In this document: piece after piece, positions 17,490 to 25,061 of the stretch
Layout: every line of letters starts with the position of its first letter
How positions within the stretch are numbered: position 1 is the stretch's first letter
From: an uncultured Candidatus Poseidoniales archaeon
GTDB taxonomy: Archaea > Thermoplasmatota > Poseidoniia > Poseidoniales > Thalassarchaeaceae
Length of the DNA: 30,069 bases
Direction of reading: 5' to 3'
Assembly (NCBI GenBank): GCA_964645485.1
Contig: CAZXZO010000006.1
Span: 75,333 to 105,401, forward strand
Notes under the pieces: generated by a model
The model's database searches: none
What the model was told of the DNA's origin: nothing
What the model saw: the letters and a program-made list of their open reading frames with translations, nothing else
Translations under genes and position numbers: made by a program

Positions 17490-20400
17490 ATGGTAAAAAC
17501 AAAACTAACAATTATTTCAGTTCTGATACTAATGCTTCTTACTCCACAAGCAGTGATGCTTGAGAGTGGGTTTGAACCAGAATTGGCTGGAGCAAAAAGT
17601 ACCGGATGTACTGGAGCAGTTTGTATCAACGAACTCTTCGTAAATGCTGTTGGTCAAGAAACCGATGCAGTAGGGCCATCTGATTGGACAACTGGTGAAT
17701 GGGTTGAACTCCACAATAGCGGAGCATCTAGTGTTGACCTTTCGGGATGGTATCTCCAAGACCAATCATCAAGGCAAATGGACATTTCAATCACATCATC
17801 TCCTGTCACCGTTGTATGGCCACAAAATGCCCAAGACCTAATTATTCCAGCAGGAGGATACATGGTAATTGCACGCAATGGAGACGGTCAATCTTGTGGA
17901 CATTGTATGACAAATTCCCAAGGAGTTGTATCATTGTTCAATTCAAATTCAGCCATCCAACATGAAGCAACATGGTCGGTGTATGCTAATCAAGCAAACT
18001 CCTTGGTCGAAGGAACTTCCCCAACCGCTGACTGGGACGAAGTGACAACCATCACACCTGGAGCAATCAACACTGGTGGTGGAGGAGGAGGTGGCCCAAC
18101 TTGGAACACTAGTGACCTGAGAATCACCGAAGTTTTGGCTGACGCGTGGCCATCAAACGACAATGGTACTTACCCAAGTGGCGAGTGGATTGAAATTGAA
18201 AACACAGGAAATGTGTCATTAAACCTCAGTGGCTGGTCAATCAAAGATTTGACAGGGAACAAAATGGATTTGAATGAAACCCACCTTGTCGACCACAATG
18301 TTTCACCCATGATTCAACCAAATGAGCGAAGAATTGTTGCAACTAACGGTTTGAATCAATATGGTGTTTTCAACAATGGTGGCGATTCTGCTTTCTTAGT
18401 CAACCCTGCTGGAGAGTATGTTTTTGCTGCAAATTACACCAATATTGGTATCCCGGGCCATTCATTTATTGCACCATCCATAGGCACTGGAAACTGGGTC
18501 ATGTCTCTATTCCCAACACCTTTGGGCGCAGATGCTCGCAATGTCAACAGTAGTAGTCCAGTCCGCCTCAATGAAGTGATGGTTAATGCAACCAATGGTT
18601 GGTTATCTTATCCCAATGGTAATTGGATTGAATTATCCCACCGAACTACCGACCCAGCGGTAAATGCCAGTGGGTGGAATATAATAACAGGCACAGGGCA
18701 AACATTCGCCTTGGATGCTGGTTTTTCCGACCGAGATTCAGGTAGTGGATTGATGATTGATTCGGAATCTTACGTAGTCCTTTCAACCCCACCTACATCT
18801 GGTCAGATGCTGATTAATGGTGACACTGTATCTTTGGTAAACGCTAACGGAAACATCGTAGATTCGGTTGGCTGGGGAGGGGATTTCGGCTCTAACAGAA
18901 CTGCAATCCCAACTGATGCAAATCTCCCAGCCCAACCGATGATGGTCTCAAGTTGGGCAACACCAGCGATGCCAAATCCAAATCAAATGACAAGTTCTGT
19001 GAACGAAAGTGCTGATTTTAGAATCTCTGAATTAATGCCGAATCCAGTTGGTTCAGATTCAAATCTCTATCCAGAGGGTGAATGGGTTGAAATCGTAAAT
19101 GTCGGTAACGATACTGCATCATTCCAAGGCTGGAAAATTCGGGATGGTAGGAATACCTCACTTGCTCTAGATTCACAGAGCATCCCTGGCCTCAACGAAT
19201 CACTCAGTTCTGATTGGGAATTAGATGCGGGTGAACACATAGTAGTTTGGCGAAATGGGCGCGCTATGAGCATGCAAAATAGTGGTGATGCGGTTTCCCT
19301 TGTAGATAATCAGGGAGAAGTTGTGCAAACTCTGGTTTACTCTCTCACGCCTCTTAATTCAACTCTTGTTTCTGGTAGTGATATTGCTGACGAATGGGTC
19401 CACTCACCATGGCCTACACCAGGATATGCAAACCCACTGTTCGACAATCCTTACACCGGTGCAACAACTCTTGAGGTGAATGAAGTGATGCCACAATGTA
19501 CAGGTGGAAACCTTGGTATTGATGGTGATTGGTTGGAAATTCATAATCCTGATTCTGTTACAATCAATCTATCACGCTGGTTAGTAGTTGCTGATAGTGG
19601 AGATGCTATGGTCTTGCAATCTCTTTACCTCCAGCATTATGCTGCCGGAGTTGCATTTGAGCGCAGCGATTGGTGGAATCTAGATGCTGGAGAATATGCT
19701 GTATTAATCCCTGAAAACAATGGTTTCCTATCAAATTTTGATGAAATGATTGACCTAAGAGACCCTAATGGAGATGTTAGGCAAGAAGTTGTTTGGTCAA
19801 CATCTGAGAACTGCAGAAGTTTAGAAGGTGATGCAGGTGCATGGACAGAAGAATGGCTCAATACAATGTGGCCAACACCGGGAGATGAAAATCCGGAACC
19901 AACACCTTGGGACCCTGAAGACCCTGTGTGGTTCACTCGAGTGATGCCTGGTCAAGTTTACAATCGAGACAATGAATTCATCGAAATCACAAACATGGGA
20001 AATAGTATTCTAAATTTGGCAGGTTGGCACCTGAATAGAATCAAATCAGATGGGACTGGTAGTTCTGGAACTTTCAACGGATTAAATCTTCAACCGGGAG
20101 AATCTGTAACCCTTACCCAATCCCCCACCAACCTTTCAGAGGATGGAGGGATTAATGCGGTTGATATGAATCAAGTTCTAGATTATTCACCTTGGATGTA
20201 TGATTCCGGTTCAACTTTGCAATTGATTTCACCTGACGGGGTAATCGCTGATACCTTCGTATATGGAAACGGACTTGCAACTGTTTCTGGATGGAATGGA
20301 CCTGCTGTTACCACTCCACCAACCACCACCCAAGGCCTGATTTACATGCGTGGGGATGGCTGTAACGATATCACTGACACTAACACTAGTGCTGATTGGG

Positions 20401-22400
20401 AATTCCGCTGGATTAGACTAGGAGCGAGTATGTTCTGTGATTCAGGAGTGTTTTCGACCACAGGTTCTCTAGAACCAATGGCATCACCGGATGGTAGCCT
20501 CTACCAATTCACCGAATGGCTTGATGGAAGTACTACAGAATTACACATTCATGTCTATGAATTGATGAGCAATGATATAGTTGCTAAACTCATTCAACTT
20601 TCACAAGCAAATGTAGATATCACAATTATTCTAGAGGAAGACCCGCTTGAAGATGAAGACGACCTCTACAAAGTTCGAGGAATGGCTTACGAATTGTATG
20701 CTGGAGGAATTACAGTATACTGGATGGGCAATCCTCGTGGTGAGAATGCACCACCAGCACCTTACCAATATCTCCACAGTAAAGTTGCTGTAAGAGATGG
20801 TGAGTCAGTTTGGATTGGCTCTGGAAATATCAAGGAGTCAACTTTCCCTGCAGGCGATTACGCGTCAAACCGTGATTGGGGATTGGTCATCAACTCACAG
20901 GATGTAGCCCAATTAGTGATGAGTCGGATGCTGTGGGATGAAAATCTCAGCCACCCTCACCTGAATAGTTACAGTGTGATGGATCCATCAACAGGTAAAC
21001 CATCAGGCTGGACTTCTTACGGACCAAGCGGTCTTGAGGCAGTACCACCAACCATAACCCCACCAATTATCTCCGGGGATTTTTCTGGACAAGTGTTCAC
21101 CTGCCCTGATGATTGTATATCTGGAATCATAAATCTCCTCGACTCCGCAGAAACGAGTATTGAACTCTCATTACAAGGTTTTGACATGGGCTGGCACTGG
21201 GGCTTTGGCGACAATCCGATGGTAGATGCAATTGAAAGAGCATTGGCTAGAGGGGTTGGGGTAAGGTTGCTAATTAACGGCTATTATGTCAATTATGATG
21301 ATGATATACGTGATACTGTAAACCATTTCAACAATCAATGGAACCGTACAGATGGATATGATGCAACTGCAATATTGATGGCACCTGCAGAAAGAATCAC
21401 CAAATTGCATAACAAAGGAGTAATCGTTGATGGGGAATCTGTATTGATTTCTTCAATCAACTGGAATTCCAATGCAATATTGAGAAACCGCGAGATGGGG
21501 ATTGTAATCCATAACGATGAGTTGGCAGGTTGGTATCTTTCATCCTTTGAGGAAGATTGGAATCGATTAGACACTTTTACCGACACTGATGGAGATAATA
21601 TGCCAGATGCTTGGGAACTTGAGTATGGATTGAATCGAACATCATCAGTAATTCCGGGCAGTTCAGTGCCCGAACAATCACATGATTTTGATGGTGATGG
21701 ACTTGATAATTTACAAGAGATGGGCATTGGTGCTGACCCGAATAATGTAGATACGGATGGAGATTGCATCAGAGATATTGATGAATTGATATTTGCAACT
21801 TTGAAACAAATCCCTGCATCAGACGCCATCTTATTTGCCGATGCTGATAACGATAGCGTGGCTGACGGAGAACAAACTGAATGTGGCGCGAATATGGTTG
21901 ATGATGAAAATGGTTCTGAGGGATCCAACAACGATTCCACTACCGGCCCAACCATCCCCGAGGCAAAAGACCCACTCGATTCAGCAGCAGCAAGAGTACT
22001 ACTAGGAATTGTCGGAGTGGCAATGATTGCATTGGTAATTGCTCTTGTTGCAATCCTGTTAGGAGGAAGAGAAACTGCCCGAGGTGTGGTTGAGGATGAT
22101 TCTTTTGATTTAGCGATTGTAGCCGCTCAAGAATCAGCATTTGAAGCAGATGGAACCGAATCTGATAACACAACTTCCCCAGATGGAGACCCTCCCGTGC
22201 TAGACGGAAGTCTAACAGAAGAGCCGGAAATCCTCTCTAGCCGTGACGACGCAGTAGGACGACACGATGGAGTTCATGGAGCCCCACTTCTTGATGGATT
22301 TGAATTTGAAGGATGGACACCACAACAAGTCCAAGATTCACTAAACCAAGGATGGACCGTCGACCAACTTCGTGAACATTACAAGAAAGGAAAACAGTGA
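17490..22400 (+). CDS. Giant secreted, membrane-anchored protein: 6 lamin-tail-like domains, phospholipase D superfamily catalytic region (2 HKD motifs), DxDxD calcium repeats
   Basis: Signal peptide; six repeats starting [IL][NST]E[LV]..N...[GN]E[WF][IV]E[IL].N; HSKVAVRDGESVWIGSGN (about 20775) and HNKGVIVDGESVLISSIN (about 21408); DTDGDNMPDAWE-type repeats; TM at about 21995-22065. Confidence 0.85.
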   Translation: MVKTKLTIISVLILMLLTPQAVMLESGFEPELAGAKSTGCTGAVCINELFVNAVGQETDAVGPSDWTTGEWVELHNSGASSVDLSGWYLQDQSSRQMDISITSSPVTVVWPQNAQDLIIPAGGYMVIARNGDGQSCGHCMTNSQGVVSLFNSNSAIQHEATWSVYANQANSLVEGTSPTADWDEVTTITPGAINTGGGGGGGPTWNTSDLRITEVLADAWPSNDNGTYPSGEWIEIENTGNVSLNLSGWSIKDLTGNKMDLNETHLVDHNVSPMIQPNERRIVATNGLNQYGVFNNGGDSAFLVNPAGEYVFAANYTNIGIPGHSFIAPSIGTGNWVMSLFPTPLGADARNVNSSSPVRLNEVMVNATNGWLSYPNGNWIELSHRTTDPAVNASGWNIITGTGQTFALDAGFSDRDSGSGLMIDSESYVVLSTPPTSGQMLINGDTVSLVNANGNIVDSVGWGGDFGSNRTAIPTDANLPAQPMMVSSWATPAMPNPNQMTSSVNESADFRISELMPNPVGSDSNLYPEGEWVEIVNVGNDTASFQGWKIRDGRNTSLALDSQSIPGLNESLSSDWELDAGEHIVVWRNGRAMSMQNSGDAVSLVDNQGEVVQTLVYSLTPLNSTLVSGSDIADEWVHSPWPTPGYANPLFDNPYTGATTLEVNEVMPQCTGGNLGIDGDWLEIHNPDSVTINLSRWLVVADSGDAMVLQSLYLQHYAAGVAFERSDWWNLDAGEYAVLIPENNGFLSNFDEMIDLRDPNGDVRQEVVWSTSENCRSLEGDAGAWTEEWLNTMWPTPGDENPEPTPWDPEDPVWFTRVMPGQVYNRDNEFIEITNMGNSILNLAGWHLNRIKSDGTGSSGTFNGLNLQPGESVTLTQSPTNLSEDGGINAVDMNQVLDYSPWMYDSGSTLQLISPDGVIADTFVYGNGLATVSGWNGPAVTTPPTTTQGLIYMRGDGCNDITDTNTSADWEFRWIRLGASMFCDSGVFSTTGSLEPMASPDGSLYQFTEWLDGSTTELHIHVYELMSNDIVAKLIQLSQANVDITIILEEDPLEDEDDLYKVRGMAYELYAGGITVYWMGNPRGENAPPAPYQYLHSKVAVRDGESVWIGSGNIKESTFPAGDYASNRDWGLVINSQDVAQLVMSRMLWDENLSHPHLNSYSVMDPSTGKPSGWTSYGPSGLEAVPPTITPPIISGDFSGQVFTCPDDCISGIINLLDSAETSIELSLQGFDMGWHWGFGDNPMVDAIERALARGVGVRLLINGYYVNYDDDIRDTVNHFNNQWNRTDGYDATAILMAPAERITKLHNKGVIVDGESVLISSINWNSNAILRNREMGIVIHNDELAGWYLSSFEEDWNRLDTFTDTDGDNMPDAWELEYGLNRTSSVIPGSSVPEQSHDFDGDGLDNLQEMGIGADPNNVDTDGDCIRDIDELIFATLKQIPASDAILFADADNDSVADGEQTECGANMVDDENGSEGSNNDSTTGPTIPEAKDPLDSAAARVLLGIVGVAMIALVIALVAILLGGRETARGVVEDDSFDLAIVAAQESAFEADGTESDNTTSPDGDPPVLDGSLTEEPEILSSRDDAVGRHDGVHGAPLLDGFEFEGWTPQQVQDSLNQGWTVDQLREHYKKGKQ

Positions 22401-22433
22401 GCTAACCAAAAACCGAGTTCTCGGAGGTAGGAT

Positions 22434-23708
22434 ATGACATCTGAAATTCAGCAAGCTGTTGATGGCATTGTTGACGGTAGTCTGAGCGACAAACAGGTTG
22501 AAGATTGGCTGAGAAATGTTTTTGAAAATGGACTGAGCGATTCTCAAACCGTTGAATTAACCCATGCCATGGTGCACTCAGGAACTGTCCTTGATTGGCC
22601 AGGAGAATGGTCTCATTTGGTCGTAGATAAACACAGTACAGGTGGAGTTGGTGACAAGGTTTCACTTTCCCTTGCTCCAGCAGTAGCGGCTTGTGGAGGT
22701 AAGGTTCCAATGATTTCTGGAAGAGGATTGGGCCACACCGGAGGCACTCTTGACAAATTAGAATCAATGCCTGGATACATAGTATCTCGTAGCAATGATG
22801 AATTACGCTCTCAAATTGAAAAAGTTGGATGTGCCATTGTTGGACAAACTAGCGATATTGCTCCCGCGGATAAGCGAATGTATGCTATTAGAGATGTCAC
22901 GGGGTTAATCGCTTCTGTTCCGCTTGTAACCGGCTCCATTCTATCGAAAAAAGCAGCCGCCGGCCTTTCAGCGTTAGTAATGGACATTAAAGTCGGCAAA
23001 GCGGCTTTCATGCAAAATGACGCAGATGCCCGAGAATTAGCCGCCTGTATGACATCAACTGGTGAAGGTTTAGGGATGAACACAACAGTCACCCTCACCG
23101 AGATGAATTCACCTATTGGCTTTGCAATTGGAAACTCATTGGAAGTCTTAGAGTCAATAGAGACATTGAGAGGAAATGGCCCTGCTGACCTTGAAGAATT
23201 GGTATGCGTTCAAGGGGGAATAATGTTGACCGCCGCTGGAATATCAAATGACCGCGATGAAGGTGCACATATGATTCACGATTCGTTACACGACGGTTCA
23301 GCAATGAAGAAATTTATTGAAATGTGTGTAAATCAAGGAGTTAATGAGAAAATTTTTGCCAGTGAAAACTCCCTTCTAGAATCTCTTGGCCTACTAAATA
23401 CGACCCTAAAGACAACTGAGGTATGCGCAATTGACCGAGGCCATGTTTGCGATATAGATGCTCTAACTCTAGCCAAAATAAGTTCAGACTTGGGAGCGGG
23501 TAGGAAACATATTGATGACCAACTTGACATGCAAGTTGGGATGGTAATTGACACCCATATTGGCTCACCCGTAGAATCTGGTGAACCATTAGTAACAATC
23601 TATCATCGCGACGATTTAACCGATGAGCAGTTGGCAAAGTTACGTGACGCTTTCACAATATCAAAAGACATTATTCAGCCAACAAGTAGAATAATTGACA
23701 TTTTGTGA
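22434..23708 (+). CDS. pdp: Pyrimidine-nucleoside (thymidine) phosphorylase, bacterial DeoA/Pdp type
   Basis: VDKHSTGGVGDK, KVPMISGRGLGHTGGTLDKLES, IAPADKRMYAIRDVT, SILSKKAA and C-terminal LGAGR; lacks the extra N-terminal domain of archaeal AMP phosphorylase; GGAGGT RBS. Confidence 0.9.
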   Translation: MTSEIQQAVDGIVDGSLSDKQVEDWLRNVFENGLSDSQTVELTHAMVHSGTVLDWPGEWSHLVVDKHSTGGVGDKVSLSLAPAVAACGGKVPMISGRGLGHTGGTLDKLESMPGYIVSRSNDELRSQIEKVGCAIVGQTSDIAPADKRMYAIRDVTGLIASVPLVTGSILSKKAAAGLSALVMDIKVGKAAFMQNDADARELAACMTSTGEGLGMNTTVTLTEMNSPIGFAIGNSLEVLESIETLRGNGPADLEELVCVQGGIMLTAAGISNDRDEGAHMIHDSLHDGSAMKKFIEMCVNQGVNEKIFASENSLLESLGLLNTTLKTTEVCAIDRGHVCDIDALTLAKISSDLGAGRKHIDDQLDMQVGMVIDTHIGSPVESGEPLVTIYHRDDLTDEQLAKLRDAFTISKDIIQPTSRIIDIL

Positions 23709-24989
23709 TTAGGGATAGGCTTTCCCGCCGTCAAAACAATAGTGCACAGTTTGATGTTCACCCTTGAGCACATGTACATCTTTCTTTACTGAACTAGGGT
23801 CCTCTCCTTTGAGTAGAACACGAGCGTACAAACTAGCAACTACACCCATCTCATCCACACCCATACCCACACGAGTTAACTCTTGTACGCCTAATCTCAA
23901 GCCCGAAGGAGTCAGCGCTTTGGTATCACCCGGGAGCATATTCATGTTGGTAATGATACCAGCATCTTCCAATAAGCGCGCTGCCTTTGCACCGGCTCCG
24001 GAATCTTGTTCTCCATGACGAGTCAAAATCTGATGGCTAGCCGTGTATCCTCTTTCTTCTGCTAGGACATCGAATCCTTCTGCCGCCATTGCCTCTCCAA
24101 ACGCCTTTGCGTTTGTAACGATATCAGCGGCGTAGTCAGCGCCGAATTCCGCAAATTCGGCTAAGGCTACCACCTTGCCAGCTACATGATGCAAATGGTA
24201 GGATGAATTAGTTCCTGGGAAAATTGCAGAGTTGAGTTTGCGCTGGAATTTTTCATCGTCAGAATCAGAAATCATGAATCCACCTTGGGGACCAGGGAAA
24301 GTTTTGTGAGATGAACCGGTCATTACATCAGCTCCTTCTCGAAGTGGGTCTTGGAATTGCCCCCCAGCAATTAGTCCTAGGACATGAGCCCCGTCGTACA
24401 TCACTTTGGCACCAACTTCGTGAGCCGCATCCGCCATCTCTTTGAGAGGGGTTGGGAACAGAAACACCGATTGACCCACCAATGCTAATTGTGGTTCTAG
24501 GTCACGAATCATTGCACACGCTGCATCTACATCAGGCTCCATTCTCGCTTCATCCCAAGGATATGTGTGAAGGTCTAGCCCTCGCAGTCCAACTGCACCC
24601 ATTCGGGCATGTGAAATATGGCCGCCATCTGCTGTTGACACTGCAGAAATTTTGTCACCAGGCTTAGTCAATGCTTTCAAAGCAGCAATATTTGACACTG
24701 TGCCTGAAGTTGATTGGATATTAACGAAATTAGCATTGAAAACTTGCTTTGCTAACTTTATCCCTAGTGATTCGATGTCATCAAAATCGTCACATCCTTG
24801 GTAATATCGTTTGCCAGGCAGGCCCTCAGCATATCGTCCATGCAGATCACTATCTGTTGCTTTTCGAACCATTGGAGAGATTATATTCTCGCTCGCAATC
24901 ATGGGCAGGCCCATGCCATAATGTTGACCACTTGCATTAACAGCAGTCAATACTGATTCAGCAAACTGCCTGTTATTCTCATCCGCCAT
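23709..24989 (-). CDS. glyA: Serine hydroxymethyltransferase, archaeal type
   Basis: MIASEN, YAEGLPGKRYYQGC, GGHISH, YDGAHVLGLIAG, GSSHKTFPGPQGG (PLP lysine), PSGLRLG. ATG 24989 preferred over TTG 25007. Confidence 0.97.
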   Translation of the reverse strand: MADENNRQFAESVLTAVNASGQHYGMGLPMIASENIISPMVRKATDSDLHGRYAEGLPGKRYYQGCDDFDDIESLGIKLAKQVFNANFVNIQSTSGTVSNIAALKALTKPGDKISAVSTADGGHISHARMGAVGLRGLDLHTYPWDEARMEPDVDAACAMIRDLEPQLALVGQSVFLFPTPLKEMADAAHEVGAKVMYDGAHVLGLIAGGQFQDPLREGADVMTGSSHKTFPGPQGGFMISDSDDEKFQRKLNSAIFPGTNSSYHLHHVAGKVVALAEFAEFGADYAADIVTNAKAFGEAMAAEGFDVLAEERGYTASHQILTRHGEQDSGAGAKAARLLEDAGIITNMNMLPGDTKALTPSGLRLGVQELTRVGMGVDEMGVVASLYARVLLKGEDPSSVKKDVHVLKGEHQTVHYCFDGGKAYP

Positions 24990-24998
24990 GTGATGGGA

Positions 24999-25014
24999 GG
25001 CGGCCAAGGCCGCC
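24999..25014. promoter_or_regulatory. Perfect inverted repeat GGCGGCC-AA-GGCCGCC just upstream of glyA
   Basis: 7-2-7 palindrome 9 nt upstream of the glyA ATG, in a short intergenic region. Confidence 0.4.
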
Positions 25015-25061
25015 CTTCAACTTCACCCTTCTTGCAAATTACCTTCTAAGTCAATGGAAGT

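Noticed and set aside
22413-22424. Inverted repeat CCGAG-TT-CTCGG overlapping the pdp RBS
   Set aside because: Only 5-bp arms with a 2-nt loop; likely chance.
22434-23708. Archaeal AMP phosphorylase (pentose bisphosphate pathway)
   Set aside because: It lacks the N-terminal extra domain and length of AMP phosphorylase, and its motifs (SGRGLGHTGGTLDKLES) match bacterial DeoA/Pdp.
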